Counted from the stretch's first letter, positions 12,010 to 27,302 are shown. The stretch is DNA of 64,000 bases from Tetramitus jugosus (GCA_937625935.1 OW569357.1:124001-188000), one strand, 5' to 3'. Numbers and translations: made by a program. Notes: generated by a model from the sequence alone, not told the origin.

Positions 12010-12753
12010 TCAATTTCCCTTCCATACGATAGAGCCTGCAATACATTGGTAGCGGCTGGCGTCAAAGCATACTCGGTTGCAACATCCATCGTACTTGCCA
12101 CATAAGCAGTTCTTTTCTGGACAGTACTCATCAGGGATGCAGTGATGAGTGTTTGGTGAGTAACACTGATCAGAGTAAAAGCCAATGACATTGTTGGAGC
12201 AACATAGATCAGAGGATCCACACTGAAATTGTCCACATGAACCCTGTTTGGTGGGCTCAGGCTGTGGTTGGGACGAGTAGCTTGGTTGCTGGGAGTATGC
12301 TTGTTGAGGAGCTGGTGAATATGTAACTTCTGGATTACTTGGCTCAGAGTGTGATTGTTGAGGAGAGGGGTATGATGATGGCTCAGCAGAATAACTAGGA
12401 GAGCTAATTTGCTTCAGTTCACCAGTGTGACGATCACATGTATAGTGTCTAGAATCGAAACAAACTTGATTGCAGCACCCATCGTTCTTACCACACAGAC
12501 AGTTCTGAGCAGGTCTGAAATCATCAGGAATACAGTGATGGGTGCTTGGGCTATAACATTGATTTCTGTAGAAACCAATGTAGTTGTTAGAGCAACATAG
12601 ATCACCCTGAGGGCAGATTGATCCTCCACATGTGTTATCACCAGTTGAGATGGACCTTGCTTTTGGACTAAATCTCTTTCTCTTGGCCGCATGACTTTGA
12701 CCAGCAGCGAAAAGGAGGATAGCAATTAGAACTAAGATAACAATGAATTTCAT
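12010..12753 (-). CDS. Secreted cysteine-rich protein with two tandem ~65-aa Cys repeats and a Ser/Pro/Gln linker
   Basis: Signal peptide MKFIVILVLIAILLFAAG; repeated DLCCSNN.IGFY..QCYSP.THHCIPD...NCLCGK.DGCCN.VCFD. Confidence 0.75.
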   Translation of the reverse strand: MKFIVILVLIAILLFAAGQSHAAKRKRFSPKARSISTGDNTCGGSICPQGDLCCSNNYIGFYRNQCYSPSTHHCIPDDFRPAQNCLCGKNDGCCNQVCFDSRHYTCDRHTGELKQISSPSYSAEPSSYPSPQQSHSEPSNPEVTYSPAPQQAYSQQPSYSSQPQPEPTKQGSCGQFQCGSSDLCCSNNVIGFYSDQCYSPNTHHCIPDEYCPEKNCLCGKYDGCCNRVCFDASRYQCIAGSIVWKGN

Positions 12754-12926
12754 ACTTGTAGACAGGTAATTGTTTGTTTTGTTTTTTTCTAATATCCGGT
12801 CCATTGTATGTGGCACATTTTATACAAACACATTTCCTCCTGTCAAGGAATACCATGCGTGAAAATACAATTCCTTCGCCAGAAAAGATATTTTTGAATG
12901 AAAACTGTTCAACGCGGAAGCGATCT

Positions 12927-15012
12927 TCACCAACCTAACGGTCGAACAACATTTAACAAGATTCGCACAGTATCACCCAACAGTTGATTGCTACTGATTA
13001 TCATCGGATCCAAATCTGAATTTTTTTTCTCTTCTAACGCCAATATCATATTCAAGTGTGTATTCAATCCTTCAACCTGATCAATGTTAAGTTCATTCCC
13101 TTCTTCAGTATTTCGTACGAACCCGAACTTATCCTCGTCTGCTCTCATCAAGTCCCATTCATTTTCTTGACCTATATCGAATGTGAGATGCTGTTTCACA
13201 AATCTCAGATCGATTTCCTCATGGGGAACAATGTCTTCGGTTAAAGGATGATCCACTGATCGGGGATCGAAGAGTTGTTTTGAAACTTGGAATATACCCA
13301 CATCTTTTGGTACCCCCTTGTTTTGATTCCACTTACTCGATGAAAATATGCAGATGGAGCACAAGTCAGAAATGGATTTGTAAGCATTCCTTTCCATGGT
13401 GGATGATTTGGGTTTGTATTCTATGAACTCACCATCCCTGTCTTCCAAAATAAGATTAATACCACTCGAAGCCATTTTTGTTAGAAGTTCCATTGGAGCC
13501 ATCATTAAGTTGAACAAATGGGCAAGTTCTGGTTTGTCTGGAGCTATCAGTTTACATTTGTCATTTCTTATCAAGAACACTATTTGTCCCACAGAGGCGG
13601 TCGAGGAGTATTGAGCTTTAGGGGTAAGGGACAACACTGCACAGTTCTTTCCAGCTGAGCACAATGGAGAGAGATACCATTGCTGATATGGGACATCAAA
13701 TGTCCGTTGATGAACAACTGCGAGGGCAGTTGTGAGATGGGTTGTACTGAATTCTATTCTTCTTGAATCTGGATCATAGAGGGTATTGGAGATACCATTT
13801 AGTTTCCATTGTGAAGCTTTGGAATCCCACCATCCGACAAAAGGAGTTTCTGACCGTATTAGAACATGGTTTGGAATATTAAATGTTACTTTCGTAGGTG
13901 GTTCTTCGATATGTCCTTCCCAATCAACATCTTGATATGGAACACGATTGACTCTGGACGATATCTCTTTAATCTCTCGCATTTTGAACCCAGCCCGAGT
14001 CATGGGAATTGGGGGAATATCCAATGTTTCAATGTAGAGTACCCCTCCAAGTGGGAGAAACCGCACTGGATGAGTGGCCAGGCATGTCAATGGATCAAAA
14101 CTCAACTGCATTACACGGAGAGCAATCTCCTTTTGTGTCATTCCTTTTAACGCTAGCTCACAAGTAACATTTATACTCTCAAATTCTACTTGTTTTAGCC
14201 TCTTCTTGCTGATGTTCACCCATAAACCGTACTGAATACTGTCGCTCACTGGTCTCACAAACTTGTCTGACTGCACATAAATATCAGAGTACTTCATCAT
14301 ACACGCCGTTATGTCATCTAGTGTATCTATCGTAGCTTTTACCACTAAAGAAATATTTCCTTGGTGCTTCTCTTGATTCTTCTGATCACCTTCGGCCTTT
14401 GCTTCCTGATATCGTTGCAGTATTGAGTGAAAGAGGTTAATTCCTTCATGCGCGTTCTCAAATTCTTCATTTACGGCAATCTCTTCCCCTTCACTGTTAG
14501 GATTATCTCTCCACACAGAAAGGAATGAATTTATGTCGGTCTGGTTATCTACATTGGGTAATCGACTGCACTCAATGTACTTTTTCCACTCTCCTTCCTC
14601 ACTCGCGACAGCCTTCTTCTGAGAAAGAAGTTCTAAAAACTTCTCTTCTCGTTTCTTAAAAAGTAGACATTCCTTTTGTATTCTCTCTCTTTCTTCTTCC
14701 TGTTTCTTCCTTATTTGTTCTTCTCTCTTCCTCTTCTCTTCAAGAGCTATTCTTTCTCGTTCATCTCTCTCTTTCTGTAGTTTCTCTTCCTCCTCTCTTC
14801 GAATTCGTTCTTCTTCTTCCTTCTCTGTTGACATTTATGTTAGTTTCTGCCTTCAAGTATCTCACTAATGAACTGATCAACTCGCACATACTTAGTTCAG
14901 CTAAGCGTCTCTTCTCCTTCTTGGTCAACTTCTTTTTGGGTGACTTTGAATTCTTGTTATTGGAAGATGGGGTCGTGGTGGTTCTTTGCTTTGCAGGTGA
15001 TCGAGAGCTCAT
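12927..15012 (-). CDS. CASC1/DNAI7 (IC97) axonemal dynein-associated protein; intron 14825-14891
   Basis: KKKLTKKEK + E/R-rich coiled coil, W.KY..C..LP motif, WWD....W, PYQ.W.L.P motif, SSKWN. Confidence 0.8.
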
Positions 15013-15553
15013 TTGTAGTTGGAAATTGATTGTTGTCCGTTCTCTCAAGGGATCTTCTTACACAAAGAGGCGTAAATGTTTCGGCGTTTAGCTTTTTTTT
15101 CGGCGCCAACATGTCCAACATGTCAAAGTCGCACCACATTTGTGACATCATTCGTCTCTTTTCGGGTTGGAATGTGGTGGCATGTGACATCCAGAACTCG
15201 AGCCAGCTAAACGAATAGTGGTGAACAACAAAAATATAACACAATATCATTGTTGCTTTTGTTATTGTGTGATACGTGCTTATTTCCATCCATTTACACA
15301 CTTTTGTTGTTGTCACATCACCATCATCTGAGCTGAGAGAGCCAAATACCCAACCACGAACACGAAACACAACAAGGCACCGGTAACCCTTTTTGACAAC
15401 AATATTTTCAAGCCCAACTCGAAAAGCACAAACACGCCCATCACCCATCATCAGAACACCAACAACAACCACTATCATCATCATATTATTATTATTGTAG
15501 TCATTTTTTCATTTTTTAGTAGCAGCAGTAGTTTTATATAACAACAAACGATA

Positions 15554-18500
15554 ATGAGCAGCAGCAGCAACACAACCACACCAACACCATCGTCATCATC
15601 TACATTGACACTGAATCATGACAGAAGAAAATCTGTTTTTTTTGCACCGCCGCCCGCACTCGAAGTACCATCACTCCCTTCTCTGAGTGTACCTTCCATC
15701 CCTGTTGTGAATACAGCTACTACTACTAGTAGCACTACTAGCGTCAATTCAGCGACTCCGACCTCTGCAACGAGCATGACAACATCTCCTACGTTTGCCA
15801 TTGTTCCTCCCACACTCACATCACCCACATTAGCAGCCATGTCAACGCCAACAACGACCACAAATGTGTCAACACTGTTGAATGAAGGTGATCAACAACA
15901 ACAACAACAACAACCTTTTTCTCTCACAACATATGCGCACACGAGAATGAGAAGCTTGAGCAGAAATAAGAACAATGCTCCTGCTCTCAACAGCCACAAC
16001 AATCTTTTATCAAATATTGTATTGGAGAGTAATGTGAATAGCACGAGCACAGCTTCTTTTCATAACACATCTGATGCAGGTCCAAGCACAGTCATCACAC
16101 CTACCCTGCAGAACGGTGGTGGTGTTGATCTAGCAAGTGAAACAGCTTTGGTGAATCAACAACAAAATGGTGAACACAGTCATCACAGACGAAGCATGTC
16201 GAGAAGAACTAGTGATATTCAGACGTTGTCTTCTGATAGACAGAGCATAAAGAGACGTGAGAGTGATCGCTCTTCTTTCCATTTGTATGCTCAAGAGTGT
16301 GGCTCTATTGTAACAGTTGTGAGTTCTCTCATTGTTCAGGTATGTGGCAGTAGTTTTTGTATTCTACAAAGACAAGAATCAACTGATCTTTTTTATTCAC
16401 ATTTAATTTTTTATTCGTGATAGATGCAAGGTGATTTAGCAAAGGTATTGGTAGAAAAGTTCAGTACCTACACTGAATCATCGACAAAGTACGCGGGAAA
16501 GAGTCAAACGAAGCTCGCTGCGATCAAAGAGGTAAGCTAGCTTTATTTTTTTTCGTTATTTGTGGCCACAATTTTGGCGGAAGTTTGGAGCTAACACAAA
16601 TTGTTGTTGTGACAATGCAAAGAATGAGAATGTTGTCTTGTTCAAGAATTTGTTCAATTTTAGAAGGAACGATTTCTACAAGGAGTATTTGAGATTGATT
16701 GATGCATCTTCTCGTCACTGTCTCGATACATTTTGTCAAATCCTGTTGCAATGGTTGCCAAACAACATGTTTGTTTGTCACATGAAGAACAGTAAGAGAA
16801 TCAATCCTCGATTGTCTCTTCAAATGACCGGAATTTCTGCACCCATGTGGTGCTATGACAAATGGATCTCCAATGTCGTAAACTACGATTGTGAGAATGA
16901 AATTCACAAGCAAGCTGTCGAGTGCATGATATTGATTGTCATTGGTGATATTTTGGCAGTGTTGATGAGACATTATCACCCACAGCAGTTCCGTTCAGAC
17001 ATTTTCCAACTGATCATCAATATTTGTTTCACTGTGTTTTATCATGCTCAGGAACGAGCTGAGTCCTTAATGTCCTGGAAGCATCTATCGAGTACTCTCT
17101 TTGATCAATATTCGTTTGTGATTCGAAGATTGTCTTTTAATAACTTAAGAGGTATATTGGATATTGCAAAAGAGAGAATTCCGATTGTGAAGAATGATGT
17201 GTCAAAGCAGGACATTATCGCTTGTTTGAAGGGTATTCGTCTCATTGATATTCAAATTTTAGATGGTGGTAGTGATGTCACGAGAGATCTATTCGAATAC
17301 TTGGTCAAACTGTGCGACGTACACCGTAAGTCCATAAAGGTCAGAATCGCTTTGATCGATGTGATCATTAACGTGATTCGACAGATTGATTTCGAAATTC
17401 AGTATGAAGCAAGATTGCTTGATACATATATTACCGCTATCTATCAACACGCAGAAAAGTGGAGCAAGAAGGGTGATGTGAAGATTGCTTCGTTGAGGTT
17501 GATGAGTACTATTCTAGTTCATTACTTGTTTGCTTTCCATGAAAAACACTCTGAAACTGTGATGAAGTCACTTTTAAAGGCTGTGAAGAAGGAGGATGTT
17601 GTTGCTATCATTGACACTATCGGAATTTTGATGCAAGACAAGTGCAGAATCAACAAGAATTTAGATTTGATTAACAGTTATGGTCCATCGAGCACACATC
17701 TCGAAAAAGATGACTTCTTTAGAGGTTTGGTTTATGGAGAGATGAACAAGAATACAGTCGGATTTGATGAGGAGTTTATTCAAGGTGAAACTACGAAAAG
17801 TAATAATGATGCAGAGTTCATTACTGCACTATCGACATATAGAATGAAAATGAAGCAGATTGTAGATATTATTCACAAGGAATTCTTTGATACCAAGAAA
17901 CCACCAATATTATACGCGAACGCGGAAACTTTTGACGAGTCTATTATGGCTTACACCAAGTTGATCCTGAGAATGGCTACTTTCTCATTGGATTCAGTGT
18001 TACAAAAGACGATTCCTTCCTTGTTGAGAGAAGCTAATTCCAAGATGCCCGAACTACTCGTACTTGGTGTTAGAGCGATAAAGTTGTTAGCATCTGCTGA
18101 TAACAGCGAGAAGATTCGATACTTTTATGTGAAGGATGAACTAACAACCATTCGAAAGAATCCGAACTATCAAAATTTAATCGCAGAATTCAGAGTAAAT
18201 CACTCACAAAGGCTGTTGACGATCCTTAGAACTACATGTGAAAATCAGGTTGGTATTGATACCGTTCTGCGTAGCGCCAATCCAATTCGTGTCTCTCACT
18301 ACATGACAGATAAACTTGTCAATGATGGATTGAATGCAGCAGACTTTATGGATGATGACGAATACTATGAGGCAACCGAGACTGATATGGATGCAACAGA
18401 CAATATGCTTACAGAAACGGCTTTTACGTCTATGAGTTCGCGATCATTCAATCATTTTTCGCACAAGCCTGCATTGTTCGAAGCAAGTCAACCAAGATCG

Positions 18501-21500
18501 AGATCGGCATCAGACATGTCAACAGTTTCCAGAAGACGATCAATGAACGGAGTAGACAGGCGAATGCTTGAACTGAGACATCGTAAGGAGAAGGCCACTC
18601 GTAGAAAGTATTCCGTAGCTGCGAAGATTAAGAAAGATAAGTTCATTGTTGTTCACTTACTTCATGAGTTAGTACAGTGTATTGGATATATTTCTACTGA
18701 GGAATTGTTGTCTTGCCATGATGCCAGTCGATTTATTGGCAATTATCTTATTTATAATGACACAAGGGTTGCAGTCGCTTGTTCTCATTTGTTGCAGATA
18801 ATCATGGCCAATAGTGGAAGTGTGCGACACTCAATTATGAAGGCAATTGCAAACTTGCTTTTAATGCCATCTGTTCGAGATGATACGCCATCATATAGAA
18901 CAATATTCGACAATATTTGTGTCTTGTTGGATATTTGGAGACGGTGCAACTTAGAGCAACTAAACAAGTTGCAAAACAACAGTTCAGATGACTTGGTTCA
19001 AAAACTAAGAACAAACTGGAGTCAGACTGAAACTTGGATTTATTCTATCGAAGCAGCTTGTGTGGGATCACTTTGTTCCTTTGATCTCGAAGTGAAGCGA
19101 TCTGCTATGAATGTCTTGGAAGAGATTCATAAGTTTTGCGAAAGTGAGGGAAATTCGACTATTTCTGAATGGAAATTACGTACCACAGTGTTCAGTCTAC
19201 TAAAAGAGCATGAATATGATATAGTTCAGCAATCTCTATTACGTTTATCTCTGACAAATGTGAATGATGTTGAGTCTGATGTTGACGCGAGGGCTCTCTT
19301 AGATAACTCAACCATAACATCCATATTGTTTAGAGAAAATTCTCAAGTACTTTGGGGATTTATTGTTGCGATGATTGGTCAAACACTATTAGAGTTCGGT
19401 GTGAAAGGTGTTGCTAGTAACTTGCTCCACCATTTGACATCAAGAATTAAGAATTTCCCTCAGTTGAGTGAGGCTGATCACTCGCATGATGAATCATTTG
19501 CTTTCTTTTGGACTGCTTCTATCTCTCTGCTGCTTGCTATCACTGGTATAGCTATGAAAGATCAGAACTCACCTAATGCCTTGCAAGAAGCAATGGTTGA
19601 TTCCTGTGGTGCTCTCAAAGCTCTCTCAGTGTTCGATGTTGGAGCAACATCGAACATTGCTTGGGTTAGTTCTGCTGTCCATAAGTCCACTTTCTGTATC
19701 AATTATCAGTTTGTGCAAGTCTTTTGTCGTCAATGTTGCGAATGGATGAACAAAAGCGGAAAGAACATTCGAGGAAAGACAGATAAGCGGTCTATCATGT
19801 TGCTCTATGAAATGGCCAAAACCTTATCTGGGGTTTCTCAGTCGTCTCAACTTCATAAGGCATTTGCGACATTAGTCGAGAATAACGTATCTTCTGCTCT
19901 GCGATTGTTGGTTGATTTAGTAGATGAGGTCGACTTGACAAAGGTGAAACATATTCATCTGTTGCGATTGCTGGGTCTAACTAGACACTTCATTTGCGTG
20001 GCATTGAAAAATATTAGTTGGGCTATTACATACTCTCATCGTAAATGCTCCAACTATAAGTCACTGAGGATATGTGGCACCAAAATAACAGATGATCTGT
20101 GGTCACAATCAGATAGAAGCTATTGGATCGCATATTGTATGCGATTTTCAAATGAGAGCTTTGCTGACGAGTTAATCGGTTGGATTCATCAAGAGAATGA
20201 GTCTGTTACCCATGTTGATTCAATGACGGATCAAACAGAGTATATTCTACGCACAGTTTTGCCTCGAATAGCATGTGAGTCCATAACTAATATTTTGTCT
20301 CTTGGAGCGGTTGATTCTTTGTTCCCTGAGAAGTTGGATTATAATACGTTCAAGAGATCCATCAGTGGTTTCATAACGATTGATAAGAGAGGATATGAGT
20401 GTCTCTCAAAAATTTTGTACCATCACTTCGAATCAGTGTTTCTACACTACATACGTTCGATCTACAATGAGTCCAAAGATACCAATTACCTCTATGTGAA
20501 TGCTCTGCACCAGACCATATTTGATCTTGGACACAACATGGCCCCTCGTATTGCTTCTGTGGCCTCCAGAGTCCGAGAATGGATAGACACCGAGCATGAA
20601 CTTGAAATGAGACCTGATGTTGCTGAATTGAGTATCATTAAGACTGTGAATGGTTCTCTGTCGATTGTTATCCATTGTCTATTGTACTTGTTGGTTCATA
20701 ATGATTCAGATGTTCATTCAAAGGCCTTTGATCTTCTTTACGAAATGATGAATGTCAATTTTGGTTGCGTCGAAGTGGCACCGGACTACGAATCAGTTCT
20801 CTCTGAGTTATCACGCATGAAAACAAAGTTTAAAACACGGAGTACTGCTCATTTGAGTTCATGCATGGTTCGATGCTCTGAAATTCTCGCTGGGCAATAC
20901 TCAGGTCTTGCTGAAACAATATTAGGAGAGGCATATTCTCGCTTGAGGATGATATCCAATCCGATGGACAAATTGAATGTGATTCAGCTCATTATACCAT
21001 GGATACAAAAGATTGATCTCGGTCAGGACAAAGAAAGAACACTGAAACTTCTTTCTGTTCTTTTCGATATTACATTTGATGTGTCAAAAGTGGTAAAGTA
21101 TGGTCAAGAGCTCGACCATTTGTGGCGAAGTATTGCCCAACTGGAAGCTATTGATCGAGATGAAAAGATTCGATTGAAAGTTGTTCTCCAGTTTTTACTC
21201 GAGACCGCAGCTCACTCAAGAGTGCATACTCATGTCTGCCGAAGTATTATCTCTACGTTGTATAATGTCTCTTGCTTCTCAGTCATAGATATACTAGTCA
21301 AACTATTATCCGAGGAAAGTGAACAAAAAATGGATGATGATTTCAATCAACTCAATGTCCAAGAGTGCAAGCACGCATCCATTAGCGTTATATCAGACAT
21401 TTTAGGAGAATCAGATGATCCCGTACCTATTTTCAATCAGTTGCACATTGTGTTGCCCTACATTTTGGTGCATATGGAAGATGATGAAAATAGTGAGTCT

Positions 21501-23135
21501 GTCATCATGGAGGAACATCCACTGCACCACGCTTTACTAATGATACTTCAAAAGTTTGATACAACACATGCCAGTGTTTACTCTAATATTACATCTTGGA
21601 TTAAGAACAGCAGATGTAATGAACCTATATACTTCAATTGGTCAAACGAAAAGGAATCTACTAGATTACAGCGTGTGGTGTACTCCAGCATTTCTGAAGA
21701 GAAGAAGCCAATTGCACTCAAGCTTCTTCCATATATTACAAGTCAAATTGGTATTGATCAGTTCATGGAGCCTGTTATTGAGACCTTGAGCTCTTGCCTG
21801 GGTCCGCTCGTGTTGAATAATATGGCCTCCTATTGTTTGCAAGCTGCAACTTTCATGCGAGATAATGCAACATCGATGTACAAGTACATGAGCCTCTATA
21901 AGAATATTATTATGTTCCACAAGGAGAGTGTTTCTCTGCTAGACAGGAGCAATATTCAACAGATTCTCCTTTGCATGAGGCACATTGCTCATGACTTTTA
22001 CAGAAGTGATGGTGAGACATACTCTAATGACAGCTCTTCAGACATATCTGCTTATTTGCCTGAGTTTGTTGCAGCGATTCGATTGTGCATATCCATTCTC
22101 CGAGTTATTGCTGTTCGATTAATCGAAGTGAATCAGCTCGCAAGTAATAGTGACATATTCTGGATTGTGGTGTCTCTCTTGAGTACTACACATCCAGATG
22201 TTTACGCCGATCTGATCGATGTGTTGTACCTCTTCTACAACTGCGAGCAGACTCGATCATGTTATTTTAGAGGCGATGATAGTCAGAGAATACACGAAGA
22301 ATTGGAGAATTACACTTTTGGTTGGGATCCAGCATTCACAGGACTCCAACCACTGTTGCTCCGCGGATTGTTCATGAAGTCAACAGAAAATCGTTGTTTG
22401 GAGATATTGATGACATTGACAGCTTTCAAAGTCCAAGATGAAACTCGAATTTATGTTGAAAGTTCACTGATGGACCGAAGATACTTGACTTCTACATTGT
22501 TCTTGTTGCCAATGTTGTATGTGGAGTATTTAAACAATTCTCCAAAGTTTGCACAGTTGGCTTCTCAATATGCTCAAGTATTGTCAACTCAACTACCAAA
22601 CTTGTCGGCTGTGTTCTCTAGAAGTTATGAACATCCAGATCAATTCATCTCATACTGCTGTGCAGAGTTAGTTCGATCATACTTTAATGAGGCAGAGAAC
22701 ATTAATTATCTTTGTGATACTCTATTTTACATATTCAAGGAAAGCGAGACGATTGCCCACAAAGCAGCAGCATTGAAAATGACTAGCTATGTACTTTTAG
22801 CGGCTTCTACTCACTATGAAACTATTCGTTTCGCAGCAATTACAAAGACTGCTCTCTTCGAGTACAATGCTGTCTCAACTCTGTCCGCTACAGTGGATGA
22901 GCACACTGAATTGTTGAGAAACAACCTCAAGGAAATGTTAACCATTTCGTTCGAGGTTGCTCGTCAACGCAAGGAGAACACTGATATCCAACGAGTGGAC
23001 TCTATGAGAATCAATGAGGCTTGTAAACCGACATCCAAGAATCCTCAGGGTTACACTTGGGTCCCTATGAGTCGAAAAGTATTGACTTTTAGAATATTGG
23101 ACATTCAATCTAAAGTTGAGTCCACAGATAAATAA
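15554..23135 (+). CDS. Large Furry/Tao3 (MOR2-PAG1)-like armadillo scaffold; introns 16340-16423 and 16532-16622
   Basis: Helical protein of about 2400 aa; C-terminal FTGLQPLLLRGL plus PWI..I.L and LW..IA motifs reminiscent of FRY; consensus splice sites join the exons in frame. Confidence 0.6.
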
Positions 23136-23268
23136 ATCATGCAAGACAATTACTGATTTCTAACGTACTTGACTTTCAATTTCGCTCATTGATTGGAAAA
23201 CTTAAATGCTCAACTTCCACTTATTCTTGTTGCAGATATAAAAGGAACTTCTGTAATAAACATTGTGG

Positions 23269-25409
23269 TTATTTATTTTCCCCTTCGACGCTCTCTTGTT
23301 GCTTCGACCATAAATCAGCAAACAGTCCGTTCATATGAAGCAGTTCTCTATAGGTACCTCGCTCCTTGATTGTTCCGTCTGTTCCTAACACGATAATCTG
23401 ATCAGCATCCTTGAGAGTACTTAATCGATGAGCAATCAGAATGGTGGTACAGCCAGCTGATACGTTTTTGATTGATTTCATAATTTCCTTCTCGGTTGCT
23501 GTATCAAGAGCACTTGTCGCTTCATCGCAAATCAGTACTTTTGGTGCCTTCAACATGGTTCGAGCAAGAGCAACTCTTTGCCGTTCACCTCCACTGAGCA
23601 TCAAACCACGCTCTCCAACTTGACTGTTCAAGCCATCAGGCATTCTCTTGATGGTATCGGTCAGCATCGCCTTCTCGGCCACTTCGCGCACTCTTTCTTC
23701 CGATGTTCCCAGATCTCCATAGGCGATATTGTAATGAATCGTATTATTGAACAGAGTCACATCTTGAGGAACCACTCCAATTTTTTCACGCAGGCTCTTC
23801 AATTTCAATTGAGAGATATCTTGTCCATCGAGATAAATCTTGCCACTGTCCAGTTCAAAGAACCTAAAGATCAAGCGGCCTATTGTCGACTTTGGCCGAA
23901 GAAAATGGAACATGAATATTTGTTTGGATCAACAACAAAAACATATGAACATACCTTTCCTGATCCTGAAGGGCCGACGACACCAAGTGTTGTGCCTGGA
24001 GCGACGGTAAATGAGACATTTTTGAGAATGGTGCGTCCATCCAAGTAGGAAAATGATACGTTTTCGAAACGAATCTCTGGTCCAACTTCGTGCTTCAACA
24101 CCAAATCTGTGGCATCAGGCTTCTCGACTACTGTTGGTCTGGCCTTCAATAGAGATTGCAAATTTTCCATATCGGTGAGCGATTGTGTCACTTCCCGATA
24201 CACGCTACCGAGGAAATTCAATGGGATGGACAATTGGAATAACAGAGCATTGACCATGACTAAATCACCAACTGTCATTGTTCCGGCTGCAATGCCTTGC
24301 GATGCCAGGTACATGATGGCTGTTAAAGCCACTGAAAAGATTAGATTCTGACCAAAGTTTAAGAAGGACAAGCTAGATGCAGTCTTTAGAGCATTCTTCT
24401 CATAATCATGCAGCAAACTATCGTAAACTTTTGATTCGTGCTTTTCATTTCCAAAATACTTGATCGTTTCATAGTTGATTAACGAGTCAATCACCTTTGT
24501 TGACAATCGATTCTCTGTTCGGTTCATTTGTTGTCTAAACTTTGTTCTCCACTCAGTGATCGATATCGTGAACACAGTGTATGCCACGACAGCAGAAAAT
24601 GCTGTAAATGCATACTCGGGACCCATCTTTGCATACAAGATACCACAAACAATAAACAACTCAAACAATGTTGGAGCAATGTTGAACAACAAGGCTGTCA
24701 AAATAAAATTAATTCCACGTTTTCCTCGATCCATAATACTGCTCAACGCACCAGTCTTACGCGACAAATGAAATCCCAAATCCATCTCGTGCAAATGAGA
24801 GAACACTTGCAGTGCCAACAATCGAATCGAAGACTGCGCCACATTGGCAAACACGGCATTCTTCATCTCACTAAACAAGGAAGAACCTGCCCGAGCAATA
24901 CCATATCCCAGAATCATTGCCACCGGAGTAACAACAAATCCATTGCTCATGAGCTGTGCAGCCACTTCACTCTTCTCTCCCAACAAATCCACAATTTCCT
25001 TGAAGAAGAACGGAACAGAGACATTGAGGATCTTGGATCCGATCAACAGACCAAACGCACCCACGACTCGAACACGCAAATGTCTCTCTTTTGGCCAAAG
25101 AAACTTGCCCACAGTTTTCAAGATTTGAAGCCTTGCTCCCTTGCTGTCATCCAATGATTTGGCAACACTAGTGGTGGTGGTGGTGGTCGTTGTGTTGGGA
25201 GGTGACACTTGTGGTTGTTGGATCTTGGGGGCAGATGTTGTTATGGTTGTCTCACCACTACTGTTCTTGTTGTTCTTGTTGAGTGTGGTGTAAAATCTTG
25301 TCTTCTCATTTGGCAACAATGAGTTTTGTCTTGGATGACAAGTAGTACGATACTTGTTGTTCATTGTCCTTGCAAAGGAACGACCAGTCGAAGCACAAAT
25401 GACAACCAT
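23269..25409 (-). CDS. ATM1: Mitochondrial ABC transporter ATM1/ABCB7; intron 23890-23954
   Basis: [54 protein letters not shown]. Confidence 0.95.
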
Positions 25410-25731
25410 TGTGGTCTTTTGGGAATCAACAACAAATGTTGGGCTTTTTTGAATGTTTTTGTTTTGCGCATAAACAATCACGATCTGGCGGAGATTCTTT
25501 GAAGAGCTTAAGAAGGGAAAATATTAATTGAAGATTTGATCTCATAAACAACTCCAATAGAGAAAGTGTTTGTTCCCTTAGCTTATGCAATGATTGCGGC
25601 AATTGATACCAAGAAAACTCAATGAAACAAACTTCAACTAGAGCACCATTAGAATGTTAACAATGCTATCTCCTCATTCAAACTACATCGAGCGAGTAAA
25701 ACTTGCAACATGGCTTTAATAGATAAATTTG

Positions 25732-27302
25732 TTACTGAAGGTGTGAGATATGGTCGGCTGAATCATTCGACTTATCAGCGAGTACATGACCCTTCACTAA
25801 GTACTCCCGACTCTGCATCTCAACAAGTCTGGATATGGTTCGGTCAAAGGCAAACACATTCTCTTGCGATAAAAAGTCATTTCTCGTCTTTCCATCCGGA
25901 AAAGTCAATAGTTTGTGAGGTACTTCAGCCGCAGAGCAAATCAACTTTACATTGTGTTGATACAATTCATCAATCAACAGAATGAAACGCCTCATAACAT
26001 CGCCAGAACCAAAAATGTCCATTCTTGGGATATCGGTTAGCACTACCGTAGGATACTGCTTTGCTAACTCGATAAAGAGAGCAGCGCCATATGGTTGATT
26101 GCAAATGTCATTAAATGAAAACTTTGCTACACCACGCGCACTCTCTGGAATAGTCATTCGAGCACCCATGGCTGTTATCACCTTTGATTCTGGCTGACTG
26201 GGAGCTGTCAATTGTTTGAACAATTCTTCAATTTTTTGGTTGGCCTGTTGTCTTTCTGCTTCGTTGTGATACACGTGATAAACTGTTTTGGCAGACTGTT
26301 GACCAGTCAATCGATAATCACTCTCCGAGTTCATATCATGCACGTCGCATCTATGCTTTAAAAAATCGATAAAGGGTAGAAAGATGGGTCTGTTTAAACC
26401 ATTTTCATACAGAGACTCAGGAGGTCTGTTCGACGTGGCCACAACAACAGCACCATGATCCCACAATCCTTCAAATATTCTCTTCAAGATCATTGCATCA
26501 GCAATATCCGTGACTTGGAACTCGTCTACTCATGAGCGTCAGAGAATTCACACACAACAAACAAACAACCAATAAAATTGTTGTTTAAACAAAAGCTATT
26601 CAACAACAAAACAAGCGATAACAATGGCAATAAAACAACTGTCAAAAGACACATACCAAAACACAACAACCAATTCTTCTGTATCGTCTCTTGCACAACA
26701 GTTGGAATATGATCAACACCTGGTTCCTTTGATCTCAACTGATGCATTCTACTGTGAAACTGAACCATGAACGAATTGAAATGAATCCTCAGTTTCTTTT
26801 GAGTGGGAGCACTGTGGAAGAACATGTCCATGAGCATTGTCTTGCCACATCCGACACCACCATACATGTACAATGAACGAGGCACATTTTCATTGATTGT
26901 CTTGTGGTTGCTACTATTGTTGTTGTTCTTGTTGCTATTATTGCTACTTAATAAGCTACCAAACCAACCACCACCACCGCCACCGCCACTGCTGCTGCTC
27001 TTCTTGTCAGTCTTGCTCGTTTGATGATGATGTGATGTTGTTGTTGTTGTCTCACTCAAATTGTAATGCTTGAGCTTCTCGTGCAATTCATCCAATTTTT
27101 GTAAGACACGTAATTGATTGGGATCAGAGTTGAACTTTTTTTGAGCAACGAGTTGCTTATATTGGACAGAAGGTGGTAGATGAGAGTGATGATGATGCGT
27201 GGAATAATAGAGAGAGCAGTGATAAGTCTGCCTAGCAGCAGCGCAGGACACTCTACGATGTTGGGCAATCGATTGATAATGACGTGTGCAAAAACCTTGC
27301 AT
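25732..27302 (-). CDS. AFG1L: AFG1-like ATPase (LACE1/ZapE family); intron 26526-26656
   Basis: YMYGGVGCGKTMLMD; LLCFDEFQVTDIADAMIL after splicing; TSNRPPESLY; RRFILLIDELY; FAFDRTISRLVEMQ. Confidence 0.92.
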
